This document shows, one piece after another, positions 1-14,430 of a stretch of DNA of 64,000 nucleotides (the stretch's first letter is position 1; every line of letters begins with the position of its first letter). Source of the stretch: Octopus sinensis (Eukaryota); the NCBI RefSeq assembly GCF_006345805.1, contig NC_043015.1:3658001-3722000 (forward strand), given 5' to 3'. Under the pieces are notes generated by a model. The model made no database searches. It was not told the DNA's origin and worked only from the letters and a program-made list of their open reading frames with translations. Position numbers and translations under genes: made by a program.

Positions 1-794
1 TGGTTGCTTTTTCTTACCTTATGAACTTGTTCAATATATCTTATATATTTCATGAAACATAAGTAAGCATAGGAATATCTCTACTTTAAAGCAAACAAGC
101 GAAAACAATAAAGAAAAACAGAAAACGAATAAGGAGCGTAGCGCTTCAGAACATTATTGTTACTTGTTTATAAATTCAATGTTTTTGTTAATATATTGAG
201 TGCAGTGTTCAACAAAAATCCAGTTATATATCCTTATGCGTTAAAGAAACGTGAAAAAATGCTAAATAAATAACAGCCAACGTTTCAATACTGTCGACTC
301 GGCAAATTACTTTGGAGCTGTATCCGTCACTTAAGCATTCTGCCACCTAGCTTAGACTCAGTATTGATAATTCAGTTACAGTTCCTGATAGTATCAAAAA
401 ATAGATATAAAATTTTGAACACAAGCTAGTCTGGCACATTGCCACCATTACAATGGATATGAAAATAACAATTGGTCTCTCCTGAGGGGAATACAAAGTT
501 TCTTATTACATGTATATCTAATTGTAGATAGTATACTGAACGTATTAAGCATGTTAATAGCAATTTTACCTGTTGCTTTTCGTTTCTCGTTGTCTGTGAG
601 AAGTACACTAAGTTATTTTCCATATAGAAAATTTCTAAATAATGTTACGTACGCACAGGTCAAGCATTATAAATTATCACATATTTTATTTTTATTTCTA
701 TGCAATTTAACATTCAGGTTAGCGAAGGCATAAAAGTTTGTTAGCGTGTGATTTGTATTCAAGTACATAAATGTATTCATCATAAATTAACATG

Positions 795-823
795 CATACA
801 TACATACATACATACATACACAC

Positions 824-868
<45 letters not shown>
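795..868. repeat. (CATA)n(CA)n compound microsatellite
   Basis: Directly visible; explains ORFs 719..976 and 748..954. Confidence 0.95.
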
Positions 869-869
<1 letters not shown>

Positions 870-1199
870 GCGTGCGTATATGCGTACACTTCAGCATATA
901 GTTTTATATACATATGTATGTGATGTATATAGAAACGTATGTCTGTGTTTGTAATCGTACGTATGTATTTACACACGTCCGCGTGGCTCTTTCAGTTTTC
1001 CCGTGTCGCTTTTTTGGTTCTTCTTGCTTTGCAAGAAACGTGAGTGAGGATGCATATCATTGTGCTTCGAAGACTCAGCAGGATTTTTAATCTTTAACCT
1101 CGAGGGAAATCCACTAAAATAATTCAGAGTGTTTATGTCCATGAAACCTAGTATTAAATAGGATAGTCCGATATCAAATCAAAAACATCATACTATCGT

Positions 1200-1315
1200 T
1201 TTGTTTTTGGCACAATGGCAGCAATTTTAGTGAGTGTAGATTTTACGATTACATTGGCTCCATTACTCATCTATTATATACTTTATGTACTCCGAAAGGA
1301 TGAAAAACACAGTTC
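1200..1315 (-). mobile_element. Degraded fragment of the tRNA-derived SINE family seen at 2588-2820
   Basis: Diverged match to family segments: ttttggcacaatggcagcaatt, gattacattggctcca, tccgaaaggatgaaaaac. Confidence 0.5.
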
Positions 1316-2587
1316 TGAACAGACAATAAAATGTTAGACATTTTGGCTGATTTATAACAATTCGGCCATCTTGCCGCGTTACCAAAATTAGCAAATTATA
1401 CGACAAAATATTTACTGGGAGCTGAAATTTATCCTTAGTGTGCTGGTATTGCGAACTGTATAACTGAAAGAAATCAATTCATCGTTTGAAGAAAAGTTGA
1501 AATTCTACGGCAGAATTAACACTTCTATGTATGAACCGATAAGATGAGGCGGGCAATATATCTCGAGTTCGCGCATCCTTTAGATCACTAATCAAAAACC
1601 AATGACGAATAGCTGGCCAAACTGAACCGCATTGATGAACAACGCTGTCAGAATACACTGGTTCTGATTCTTAGATGAACATTTTACGCTTTCGATGAAG
1701 GATGGGATTTCAATTCGTCATAAAATGACCACTAAATAGAAACGAAGATGTTCTGTCAATGCGCGGGCGTAAAACAAATATACTTGAAATGTGAATGTAA
1801 ATATAATTTACCAATGCAATATGCTCAAAGATGTTTTGATTAAGTTTCTGTATCATCTGATACAAGCGATGTAAACAAAGTTCCTGTACGTACACATATT
1901 ATCAAGTTAAACAAAATTGTGTGATTGAGCAAAGGATGTATCAATATAAATATGCATTTCCTAATATACAGTGCATATACGGAATCGTAAATAGGCATAT
2001 AGAATATACAGATTACATAGTAGATTTAGGTAAAATATAATACAAAAGAGAATAAAGCATAAAAATACACAAACTATAATAGTTTATTAAAGACTTTGTG
2101 ATGGTTAAATGCGATATGAAACCTGCGGAAGTGTTAATCACAGAAAAATTATATTTACATAGAGGAATGTATTAGAAAGCACTGGAAAAAATTCTCTCGA
2201 AAGTATTTGTGTTTTATAAAGAAAAATCGCGCGGAGGCTATTAACTTATCTTCAGTAATTAATTTTAAGGCCATACTAATAGATATTATACTAGCGACAT
2301 CACAATTAGATGAACTGCTGTATGATATGTGACGCGAGGGGAATACAAAACAGAATTGATTTAACAATTGAGAAAATCACATAGCGAAAATAAGAAGACT
2401 CAAAATCAAACTCATTTGGGATGAAAAGTATATGGAATCCACTGCGGCCGTGATCAATGTGTCAGTTGGGGTGTAGCAAGTCAATAAGAAACAAAACAAT
2501 ATACGTAGCCATTCAGCTAAAAACCAAGTTACCAATACTGTTGTGACACAAACCTTCCCAGTGTGTGGTCTGTAAATAAGGACATTC

Positions 2588-2820
2588 TTATTTCTTTACT
2601 GCCCGCAAGGGCCTACATACAGAGGGGTCAAACAAGGAGAGACAAACGGATTAAGTCGATTAAATCGACCCTAGTACTTAACCAGTACTTAATTTATCGA
2701 CCCCGAATGGATGAAAGGCAAAGTCCACCTCGGCGGAACTTGAACTCAGAATGTAGCGGCAGACGAAATACCGCTAAGAATTTCGCCCGGCATGCTAAAG
2801 TTTCTGCCAGCTCGCCACCT
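2588..2820 (-). mobile_element. Full-length monomeric tRNA-derived SINE (octopus-type) with 15-bp target-site duplication
   Basis: Minus strand reads GGTGGCGAGCTGGCAGAAAC (A-box-like) ... GAGTTCAAGTTCC (B-box-like) ... AGTAAAGAAATAA. Flanked by TAAATAAGGACATTC (2573-2587) and TAAATAAGGATATTC (2821-2835). Homologous to units at 22081-22712 and 37430-38187. Confidence 0.9.
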
Positions 2821-3277
2821 TAAATAAGGATATTCAGCAAAAACCATTCTTGATGACACATTTCCAGCAAAAACCGCAACGAAGTCCAAAGCAAAAAAAG
2901 GTAGCTATAATAGCAAAGAAACGTTAAGCAATAGCAATTGTAAAACTAGCAAATTCCCACTTTAAGAGCGACAGGATGAAATGTAAGAAATTCATGCAAA
3001 CCGAACAGAGTGGACCGAATAAATTGACTGAGCATATAGACTGAGTGAGGAGGATAATGAAAGATCACATCCCCAGGGCTGAAGTTGAAATCCTCGTTTT
3101 GGTTGGCGAGGTTCTTTAGTTACGTTTAATTTTTTCTTCGTTTTATTTTTCCCCCGTTTTCTTCATTTTCCCTTATCTGCTTTTTGCACGCATGACTTCA
3201 ATCTGAGGGCTTATTTTTTTAACTTATACCGTCCTCGATATTCATGAGAACTTCCTTAGTGGTCAATAGACAAACGA

Positions 3278-3530
3278 TTCTTCTTCTTCTTCTTCTTCTT
3301 CTTCTTCTTCTTCTCCTCCTCCTCCTCCTCCTCCTCCTCCTCCTCATTCTTCTTCTTCTTCTTCTTCTCTCCTCCTTCTTCCTCTTCTTCTTTTTCTTCT
3401 TCTTTTTCTCTTCCTTTTTCTTCTTCTTGTTCTTGTTCTTCTTTTTATTTTTTCTTCTACTTCTTTTTCTTCCTCTTCTAATTATTATTATTAGTAGTAG
3501 TAGTAGGAGCAAGAAGAGGAGGAGGAGGAG
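3278..3530. repeat. Compound trinucleotide low-complexity tract (CTT/CCT/ATT/AGT/AGG)
   Basis: Directly visible; produces the poly-L and poly-R/K ORFs 3219..3638 and 3244..3612. Confidence 0.95.
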
Positions 3531-4644
3531 ATCATCACCAGCAGATACTGTGGCTTCAGCAGCAGCTATAGTAGCTCTACTAATAATTACAAGGAGGCAA
3601 ACAATAACATAGGGCAAAAAAAAATGTGACAGAGTCATAAAGACAATAATATTGGAAATTTCTTGATTAAATTAAATGGGAGTGAGTTAAGACAAAGATT
3701 CAAATGATATGTTAGGTAATGTGTTTTGTTTGAATGGAAGTGTTTCAGTTTACTTGGCGCCTATCAATGGTATAATTCAAATGGTTTGTCACTTATTAGA
3801 TTTGACAGAAAATATCCAGGGTGAAACACCGCTTTACAGCTTTACAAGTTATACAGTGCAGTCGCTTTGAAGTATTTGAAAGACGACTTAATCTGTTAAA
3901 CGAACAGACAATAGTGCGTTATTGTTTGTTGTATCTCTGTTCTTATATTATAGATACACTCCTTCCCGGTCACATCTACAACAATAACAACTAATTTTTT
4001 TTCAGTAGAGATAAGACAATCCAGCGTACAAAAGAAGCTGTTACATCAATAAGTATGGTTACGTTAATTGTAATAACAAAAAAAAAAACATTTAAATCTA
4101 TAACTATGTTACAAAAATAGTGTTGCCATCAAGATGCTAATATATTTCATTTAATCATGTGTAAAAGGATTGGGGGCTACAAAGGACATAATTGTATTTA
4201 AATTATGTATATCATATACAGGGTTCAATCGCTACTAGAAGAGTATTCTTTGGCGCAATAGAGGCAGTAGTTAAAATAGATGCTTCGGAGGAAGGCGAAC
4301 ATACAACAAAAGACCTTGCGTCAATCGCTATTTCTCTCTTATTTAGTTCCATGCGGATAGAACAGGATTTTATGAGTAGACAGAGCCTATCTGATAGGTC
4401 GGTAAAACGCGGAAGTGATTTCCCCTTATTTGAACTACTATGAATTAAAGAAAATAGGTATAAGGCTTTATATCTTATTTGTCGATATATTTATCGAATC
4501 TTTTCTCCTTCTCGTATGAATCAAATATCTGTAAGTTTTGTTGTTGAAATAAATAACCGTAATCTTAGAAATAAATACATGACATTATGTTCGGGTAGGA
4601 AATCAATTTTCAAGAAATACCGTAAATATTAACAAAATGCAAAC

Positions 4645-4674
4645 ATATATATATATATACACATACACACACAT

Positions 4675-4739
<65 letters not shown>

Positions 4740-4770
4740 GTGTGTGTGTGTGTGTGTATACATATATACA
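4645..4770. repeat. (TA)n/(TG)n microsatellite
   Basis: Directly visible. Confidence 0.95.
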
Positions 4771-4800
4771 ATTATAATTACGGGCAAACTAAAAATAAAT

Positions 4801-4950
4801 GGCGTTAAGAAGGGCATATGGCTGTAGAAACTCTGTCAGATCTAGATTGGGGCCAGGCGCAGCCATTTGGTTCACCAGTCCACAGTCAAATCGTCCATCC
4901 CATGCTAGCATGGAAAGCGGACGTTAAACGATGATGATGATGATGATGAT
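4801..4950 (+). mobile_element. 3' part of a SINE/RTE-tail element ending in (GAT)n
   Basis: ggcgttaagaagggcat ... cccatgctagcatggaaagcggacgttaaacg followed by (ATG)n. Short tandem tails of this kind are typical of RTE-mobilised elements; family assignment from memory. Confidence 0.7.
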
Positions 4951-5444
4951 TATGATATACATATACTTATATATATACTGCTTCAATGATTGGTTGGTAG
5001 GGATATAGACTCTAAATGGGTAATGTAGTAAGTACTACCGGTTATTAATGCTGGATAACCTCAGCGAGTGTATAAAAATCTCCAGTCTGTTTGATTTACT
5101 AAACTCCGTCTACCTTCACACCGATGAATGCATATGCCTCTCTTGAGACTGCATGTTTTCTGAAAAGAATATAATGAATTTACAATACGGCTGAACACAG
5201 ATTTATATCCAGTTTCATTCAGCTGTTCTTTATATTTCTGCACCAACACAAGCTATTGCAGTAACTAATGCCAAGTGCACAATTTGCATATTTTTGTGTA
5301 CATTTCGTTAGTTGCGCTTCTTCAGGCTAGAGTTAATTGCATTCTTCAGAGAGAATTTAAATTAAAAAATTTAGATTTTATCTGAACAATTCAAATTGCC
5401 ATACCCATAGGAACCGGCAACTGACAATATTTGTATTTACATCT

Positions 5445-5599
5445 TCGTATTTATATCTCCGTAACCTACCAGTTCGGCAAAAAGTGATAGAATAAGTACT
5501 AGGCTTACAAAGTATAATTCCTGGGTTGTATTTTTTCGACTAAAAGGTAGTTTTCCAACATAGCCGCAGCCAAATGATTGAAACAAATAAGAGAATAAA
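5445..5599 (+). mobile_element. 3' half of the microsatellite-containing SINE family (cf. 58962-59428)
   Basis: gttcggcaaaaagtgatagaataagtactaggc ... gattgaaacaaataagag aligns with 59290-59420. Confidence 0.75.
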
Positions 5600-6346
5600 T
5601 GTATAAAAGAATACACATAAATCGAACGTCTGATAGCACGAGGTTTATCACCATATCGCTGAGACTTTTAAATGAAGTTCATGTCACCCAGCAGCCCTAA
5701 AGTTTACGAGAATACTGCATACATTGCTGGGGGATTGTGGCCTAGAAAATATGACCTGAAGTCATCGTTTCGTTTAATGCTGGTCAGGAGTCTGGGGATG
5801 ATAAATATCTGTTTGAGCAGGATGAAAAATCGATCAGTTTATGTGAAAAATGTAGATGCTACAGGGTTTGTGGTATGTGCGATTTCTGTTTGATTTGTAG
5901 AAATTCAATAAACCTGAACGCAGCACAGCAATTGTAGTTATAGCGATGTTTTAGGCAGAAAAATATACAGTGAGTCTACAAGAATTGAGACAGTCTGATA
6001 AAGATATGTTATACAAATTGTTTTCGGTTACTTATAGGGCACATCTAATGAGAACTGGGTGATGGTGGGACAAGTTTTGCAATTATCTGGTTATTGTGAA
6101 CGGACCCTTAGACTAAGTAATAGGATCATGTTACTTTATATACCGCTCTGAAATGAACACTTCGCAAAAATTATATTTATATTCCAAATTTGTACAGTGA
6201 CAATTTATAATGGGCTTTACCATGATTTGAAACGATTATTTCAATTACAGAAAGGGACATACTTCCCAAAATTTGGATATTTCAGTGCCCGAGTTGGCAA
6301 AGATAATATGGTATGAGAATCTTTTGTATATAATTTAATCTAGTCA

Positions 6347-6595
6347 CAGCTTTTTAATATTCTCCCAAAGAGTCTGAGGAACTTGCACAAAGTAGATGTA
6401 GGGTTTTTTATATCAAAGTTGGACCTCTTCCTGTCGAGAGTCCCAGATGAGTCTACCTCACTGCAACAGGTGCAAATGAGGGTAGCTATATCAAACTCCA
6501 TTTTTCATCAAGTGCCACTTATTAGAGGAGGCTCCCAGTAATGACTGTAGCGCAAAACGACGGTGCATGGCCGAAGCTCTGAGCCGAAAAAAAAA
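6347..6595 (+). mobile_element. 5'-truncated 3' end of a CR1/L2-type LINE (ORF2 C-terminus, 3' UTR, short poly-A)
   Basis: 6347-6541 translates to QLFNILPKSLRNLHKVDVGFFISKLDLFLSRVPDESTSLQQVQMRVAISNSIFHQVPLIRGGSQ*, matching the LFNxLPxxxR ... FKxxLDxFLxxVPD ... SNS C-terminal pattern of CR1-group ORF2. A-run at 6587-6595. Confidence 0.8.
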
Positions 6596-7059
6596 TAAGC
6601 CATACGTTCTTTCAATAAATGAATATCCCTCAAATGATGTGGATTAATCTTACGTCAGAGCCTTGATAAATCTTAGAACATGCAATCACTCGAAATCTTG
6701 ACTTTATGCAGATATGAACTAAGTACGTATGAAACGAGGTGCTGCGTTTGTTACTGGCCATAAATAGCGCATGTAATTGTGGAATTTCACACTAAGAAAG
6801 AAATTAGAATGGATGCAATGAAAAATATCAAAATTCCTTAACGTCTGCAAGTTTTACTTCATTCTATACTTTTCTCTGGATATTTCTTTGTTACTGGTTT
6901 TGAAGAATGCACAATTTGTGTCTGGCCAAGTTTTGAGTCTCTAAATTTTTATGTTAGACGGCTGAGATTCAACTCTAGAGTGCGTCATGTGATCATGCTT
7001 AGGATGTCGAATTGGTAGTTCACCCAGAAGAGGTTTGCAATTGTTAATGACAATTGTTC

Positions 7060-7240
7060 TCTGTAGATCATCATTTCATTGGACGCACTTTTAGTCTAAC
7101 AAACACTAAAGTTATGCTCACACAGAGTATGTTACCAAACATAGTTGAGAAACTTCACCGAGTGATGTAGTTGCAGCAATGAAGGCCTATTTGCTATATT
7201 AAGAATATTAAGATGAAACTGGCCATTCGGTGAACTAAAA
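7060..7240 (+). mobile_element. Possible highly decayed RTE-type RT fragment
   Basis: One frame gives TFSLTNTKVM ... IVEKL ... KLAIR, resembling GLTISxKKTKVM ... VEKFxYLG ... EIxxR; weak. Confidence 0.3.
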
Positions 7241-9147
7241 TATTTTTTTCATGATAAACAAACCCCATTCTATATAAGTAGTTTCGGAGAACATTATCAT
7301 GCATACAGCGAAGTGTGATAAAATAAAATATCTTAAATTGTTTATTGACTGGTAGACGATAGCGTCTATATAAGTAGAACCATGTAGATATAGGAATTAT
7401 TGTATGCTAATACAAATCATATAATATTTAATGCCGTTCATAGGACAAAGGACAAAATCTTGTAAACATTTACTGTAAATTTTCACTCGGGCAATTTCTC
7501 TGCAAATGATTATCCTGTGACATTTTCGAGGATTACGATATAAGATGACTCAGATAAAATCTACCTCGATGAAGGTTATTGCCATTTAAAATAAAATCGA
7601 AAAGAATTCCAAATGGAATAATTTTCTTAACAGATGTCAGTATATTCAATATGTATACGTACGCTATTAGGCATATCAAATGAATTTCAGTTCTCGGACT
7701 TGCATTCTCAAACAAATATATAGTGAGTGTTCAGAAATTGGTATACGATATTTCAGAAACGATGGGCTCATATTAGTGTACATTCGACCTACTGTATACT
7801 AATAACTTATATATGTAAATCAGGTGTGTGTATCGGTTTACGAACAGGTTTGGTGTTGCACTATCCTATGTATAATTTTTTAAATGTTGTCTAAAAGAAA
7901 ATACATTTTTTTTAAATGCAGCCAATATATAGGTACTTTCCGTACTCAAATGAATGAAGAACTAATTAAACTGTCATCTTCAATGTATTTTAATCCGTAC
8001 AGTCTGTGACCTAATACAAGGACATTATTGTAATACTGGTATCGGCCACCAGTTGGCTTAACTATGAGTAGTATTATAAGGGAAACAAAAACTTACAAAC
8101 ATCAACTCTGAAGCCTAAGACAAAGTAACGTTTCGAATAATATGTTTGTTAGCGAATCGTTGTATTAGACGTTGGGCGCTTGATGTATAATTATATTTTA
8201 CTAGCTGGACCGGTGAAAGCTTAACGGTAAACATAAAAAATATTAGCATTTCAAGATTGGGTGCTGGTGTTATGAGAAATGTTTCTATATTTTGACAGTT
8301 ACAGAATATAGAAAGACGTGTAAAACCGATAACTATATAATCCAACTAAAATATCTGAGTTACGCAAACGTAGATAGAATTACAATTTAGCCTTAAATGC
8401 ACCATACATATTCAAAGAACCTTCTTCGTTTAGCGCTACAGAAGGTTCTTCGGGTATTCTTTTCTTCCAGTGATTTGCTTATGGTCAAGCTGGAGCAGCT
8501 CCATTTACTCGAATAAATCAACCCTTGGACATATTGCTGGTAAGCCTGGTCCTGATTCTATCAGTCTCTTCTGCTGCCTATCTGGAGTCTTGGTCTCCAC
8601 ATCTGTGAGACCTACAAATGCCGCTGTTAGCACCGGATGAACATCCATAGTGAACCTAACGATTAAAAAGATTTTTCTGCCGCTATATATGATCTTTCTT
8701 CGGTTTCCTCCAACCGCTTGAAGGTTTCTATTGCTCCAGTCCACTCAACTAGCCAAGAAAACGGTGTAGTGAAAGGAAGCAGCTTTGTCATATCCTGTGT
8801 GAGGCTAAATCTCCCTGACAACTACATTAATGGTGGTGTACAGCGCCACTTGCGAGTTAATTTTAACCTCGTGTGGTAATGATAGGTGAGAGTGATATCC
8901 ATTACTTGCTGTATTAAGAATGTGTCTATGTATCAATGTATCAACTTTTCTTTCGATCTGTGTATCTGATTTACTCTGTGACCCGTCTCTCGCCGGATTT
9001 TAGCTTAACAATGCGTGCATGTATGTATCAACTTTTCTTTCGATCTATGTATCTACTTTTCTTTTGATCTAAGTAAAGACTTTTGTTTCGATGTTGAAAA
9101 GTGTACAGTAACTGTAGAAAAGTAACTGTAACATCCACAGCCATTTG

Positions 9148-9171
9148 CTGAGAGAGAGAGAGAGAGAGATT

Positions 9172-9203
<32 letters not shown>

Positions 9204-9214
9204 GAGAGTGTGTT

Positions 9215-9274
<60 letters not shown>

Positions 9275-9290
9275 AACAGAGAGGATTATT
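9148..9290. repeat. (GA)n/(GACA)n compound microsatellite
   Basis: Directly visible. Confidence 0.95.
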
Positions 9291-11905
9291 CTCAAACAGA
9301 TAGACAGTTAGGCGACATTTCTTTTTGCAATTATATCGGCTTTATCATGTATGGTCGAAAATGAAAAGTTTACCAGCGTTGTCATTATTATTTTCTATCC
9401 ACTCCCTTCCTTCACTCAATCTCTCTCCCTCTCATTGTTTCCCTCGCTCTCTGACTCTCTCGTTCTCTCTCATCCCCGTCCCTACACTTTCCCTCCTCTA
9501 TATATCCTTGCCTCTAACTATCCCCCTGTGTTTAACGTGTTATATTTCTCTCGTTTAACGCCTTATATTTCTCTTACCTCTCAGCGCTATCAATCTTCCC
9601 CCTGTCTCTTTCTCAACCCCTCTTCCTTCCTCCCCTTTGCTGGTTTGCGTCTCCCTTCAAATAGTTTTAGTCATTCCTTTTAAAGTAAGTGTGACACACA
9701 CTACAGGTACGTAGATCGACAAACACAACTAAACGTTTTAGTATTATGAACAAGATATGCTTTCGATCATATTTTGTGAAATTATCTTATTGTCTGCGGA
9801 TATTTTTTTTAAATTTGAAATATTTCAACATATGATCTTGTCTGTATATAGATGTCATATTTGAGCTACTCGTTAGAACATTCTAACCGTGGTTACTTTT
9901 TCCTGGATTCAATTTCCTGTAACTTGCCATACATTGTTCAGTTGATCAATGCTCCTCGATCCAGGTTTCCAGTCCTCACTACTTTCGGGAACACCTGTCA
10001 GTTACTAATGAAAACCTACGTGAAACGTGGCAGGACAGCTTCTTGTATAGTGATGTGTGCTTGAAGCTAGCGAATAACTAATGTTAGCGGATAACTAATT
10101 ATTGGCCAACACATGAGTCATTACAGTATTGAACTATAACCATTTTATACACAAAATGTAAATGAGAAATGATTTTTGTTACTAAACATTTTACTAATCT
10201 AAACGTTTTAACGAATGAAATCACCGAATTTATACTTTTTTACCAATAGATAGTCATAGAAATAATGACTTTAGTATTACACTCCTGCTGAGTTTTGAAT
10301 CGAAAATCTTGTAAGATATTACCCACTGCGTGTTTTGAACTGGCATAAAATATTTATCAATGGTGGGAATGTTATGTTAAAACATGTCATTAAGTGTCAA
10401 ATAAAAAACACAACAGTAATATTCCAGCTATACATAGCTACTTTTAGTATACATATTCAGACAAGAAAATATATATTTGTTTGCATGTATGTGTGAGCTT
10501 GTATGCGTGTGCGTTTATATGTGCGTTTATGTGTGAGTGTGCATGCATGTGTGTGTGTTTATACCATATATATAAATATACAAACAAGAATATATGGAGA
10601 GAGACAAACTCTCATACACACATATATGATATCCTACTTATTACCATAAGTTTTCTGTGTGTCTGCATTCATGTGAGTAGATTGTTTTTTGTGATGATGT
10701 AGGCATTTGTTGTGACTGTTTTTTTAGTATCTTTTAAGAATTCGTTTAATGTTATTGAGAATATAATATAAACGATAAAAGTTATCATGAGAACGATGAG
10801 AATCATGATATAATTTGATATACAAAGTATAACAAAGAAACAAAAAGTTCACGTTGTGGGATGCATAGCATATTGAAAACTGGATGATAAAAATGTTTAT
10901 GATAATGATTATTATTGTGTTCGATAGTGAAATCTTAGTATTTGTTGAGATGCAAGTGTTGGGTAATATTTCCCAACATACCGAGAAGGAAATAACACAT
11001 TTGCAAATGTCACTGGAATAAAGCAATGAAATTATGTAAAATAAAATTCATGAAATTTAAAACCTATAAACATAATGCAATATTTTTAATTTTGCAATAT
11101 TATTGACTTCCATTTAATTTATTTTCTTCTCTTCTGACATCCAAGATATGATTTCATTTCTATAACTCATTTTTCTATACAGAAATTGTGATGTGTGTTT
11201 CAGAAAGTAAAGGAATGATGAGATATACTAAATGATAATATATATCGATCGCAAACATCAAAGAACCCATAAATCAAATGATCTGATATTCGTACTTTTT
11301 GAAACTTTTCATCTTATTTATGAACGTTTGATTGTGTAGACGGAGAATTCAAAATAAGACAATTCTACTTGGTTTCCTAGAAGAATAGCCTACTAGCTAT
11401 GAATATTTAAACGCCAGGAATTAGAAACAAGTAAGAAAATGCTAAGTTTAGTGGAGGACAGAATCAACTCAGGAGACAAATTGTCTCATGAGTTCAAATA
11501 AAACACAATTGCATAAAAAAATTACTTCAAATGTTGGGACAAAGTCACATATATAAGTAAGACGGATTCATCCTCAACATCCCTAAATAAGGATAACTTC
11601 TCGATATTTATCAAAATAAATAAAAACCAGGAAGCACCAAAAGCAATGAAACATATAACTATGGCAAAAAGTTCGAAGCTTAAATTAAATCACGAAATAG
11701 CTAGTCTCCTACAACAGATTTCTCTCTGACTCTGCTCAGGTTATCGCAGTTGATGCTGTACATACATCGTCTACCATTTCTAATACAACTATTAATTTTG
11801 CAGTTGCGGCTAATGTCGCTATTATTTCGTTCTATTCTTGTATTCTCAACGCGTACCATTTCACTTAGTTTTCACTCCAGCTGCTAATTCAACAGGTTCT
11901 GTTGT

Positions 11906-11985
<80 letters not shown>

Positions 11986-12099
11986 TAAATACTACTACTA
12001 CTACTATTATTACCACCACCACTACTACTATAACATTTACAACTAATACTACCACTTCTACTACTACCACTACTGCAGCTACTACTACTACTACTGCTG

Positions 12100-12147
<48 letters not shown>

Positions 12148-12155
12148 ATTACTAC
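11906..12155. repeat. Long (ACT)n trinucleotide array with variant units
   Basis: Directly visible; source of the poly-T, poly-V and poly-S ORFs. Confidence 0.95.
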
Positions 12156-12829
12156 TACCATTATTGTGCCACCGGCATACACTTTGTAAATGTCCTTAGA
12201 AAAAACATGATGCAGAATAGCATGGTACATTTGCAGTCGAAAGTAAATGAAAGTATTTTCTAACGAATATTCCAGACACCCTACTCATTTCCTCCATGAC
12301 AACAAAAGTGTTCTTGCGATATTTGATGAAAACAACGTTGTCTTAATGTGCCCCAGCAAGGCTTCTATAATGTTTAATATAAATGCCTTCACGGCTCTGC
12401 CTCTGAATGACCTCTAACTGACCTTCATTTCATATTTCGTTAGCTTCTTTTCAACTCGCTGTATCATTAATTTTTTGTCACGTATATATTTCTATTTTAC
12501 TATCTATGAAGCTATCACTTGGCACGTATTTCGCTCTCCATAACTTCGTGCTATATATCCACACTCATGAATGCCCACCTAATACAGCAATTAATTATCC
12601 ATGGCTTTCCCTAAAACTAAATCAACTACTCGCCACATAGATACTGTATGCAGAAGATACGCTGATTTAATGATGAAAAACTCCGTGAGACAACGCTGTA
12701 ATCAATCATATGTAAGCAGCATCAGAAAACACAAGAGCTTCTTCAAATATGGAAGTTCCACGATGCATTGTAAATTAACTCTAAAGAAATGCGTCGAAAG
12801 ATTTCACAGAGACGAAATTTGTTAAGTCT

Positions 12830-12852
12830 CTGTCTGTCTGTCTCTGTCTCTG

Positions 12853-12895
<43 letters not shown>
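12830..12895. repeat. (CT)n/(CTGT)n microsatellite
   Basis: Directly visible. Confidence 0.9.
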
Positions 12896-14089
12896 CTCTT
12901 TATCTCCGAAGATAGTTTCTCTAAAAACTTTATCATTAATATGCAAAGATCTGCATGAAATACTGTAGTATTGTAATATTTGTTATCACCTGAAAGTTTT
13001 CGGAGCTCAGGTTTATTCTACAATGCGGTATAGATCTCACATCAGAATCAAGATTGTTGCTTAGAACAGGAAATCTACTAGGATCATATAAAATCAGGCA
13101 AACATCGCCGACCCAAAACCTAGCATCATTTGCATCTCGTTTAATGTGCCCTGGATATTCCCTACAACAAATATTTCTTGCCCATACATGTATCACACTG
13201 GTAGTATGTCGCTAATCATTACTTTCTATCAAACAATGACTTGTAACAATGCAGAATCAATAATACTACCATTAGTGCAACCAGTTTCAAGATTTGTGCA
13301 CGCTTTAGTCAACCACGCAAACTGCAGAACAAGTAAATACATAATCCCGACATTTCTCCAGATATTGTAACTGTTGTTCACTTTAACAGTCATTTCTAAA
13401 ATCACATGTTGCTGTGTCAGTTAATCCGAGCAAGATAAGCGATACGTCTAGCGACATCCTCAGTATCATAGCCGAAATATTGTATAATATTCCATATAAA
13501 CATTCAATCTAATTTTAAGAAATGAAGTTATAAAAAGTGTATATTTTAATACAAAACTGGTAAAGAAAAGGAAACGCAACAGATAATAACGAGAAACCCA
13601 AAGAAATTATAGTAGGTGGGTTGAAATTCTAAGAGGTATTAAGAATGAAGTAAGTTTTATAAGATGAACTAACGGGCACATATGTTCGAAAGACCACTAC
13701 TGTTCAATATTATCCAGTAAAAAAATAAAAACAGAAATTAAATAAATTTCCCAGGCATGGACATAAAGCTAAATGCAAACAACATTAAAAATGGATGTGA
13801 TTCACGTTAAATCTAGGCTGAAATAACCGACATTTTAATATAGTTCAGCTGAAGATTAGTAGCATATAAAATGATAAAGACATGGTAAGGAAACAAATAT
13901 AGCATATACAACTAAAAGCACTACGCTGCTCGCAAGGAAAGTGCAGAATTTTCCATCATGGATACAATAGAAAATGTCCAAAGCAACTGTACTTTATTTT
14001 AAATGAAAACAAACACGATTCATAAAATCATGCGGCATATATAAACCCAGTTACAAAATGTTGCAATGATGTGTTCTGATACACACGCA

Positions 14090-14430
14090 AGTATGCACAC
14101 ACACACACCACACACACACACACAGATACACATACACACGAACTCATACACACGTTAGTAAATATGTATATATGTGTGTGTATATATATATGGGGGGATG
14201 CGTGTGTATATGTATGCGAATAATTATGAAAATGTATATGTTTTTGAATGTGCAGGCATAGAAGCTTCTATAATATGGGTGTGTGCATATGTATATACAC
14301 ATATATTTACATATATATATTTCTCATACACACACACATGCACACACAGACCCACATACACACACACAAACACACACACACACACATATATATATGCACA
14401 TACATATGTGCGTATATGAATGTATACACG
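14090..14430. repeat. Degenerate (CA)n/(TA)n low-complexity region
   Basis: Directly visible. Confidence 0.85.

Noticed and set aside
1540-1620. GC-box and CCAAT-like words suggesting a promoter
   Set aside because: Short motifs expected by chance; no linked transcript evidence.
3219-3638. Poly-R/K and poly-L ORFs (139 and 122 aa)
   Set aside because: Translations of the CTT/CCT microsatellite.
8415-8760. GC-richer segment with a 79-aa ORF and a 10-bp inverted repeat (8415-8450)
   Set aside because: No recognisable motif in six frames; possibly an old TE fragment but unsupported.
11838-12263. Thr-rich mucin-like ORF (141 aa)
   Set aside because: Pure (ACT)n array open in several frames on both strands; no splice or domain support.
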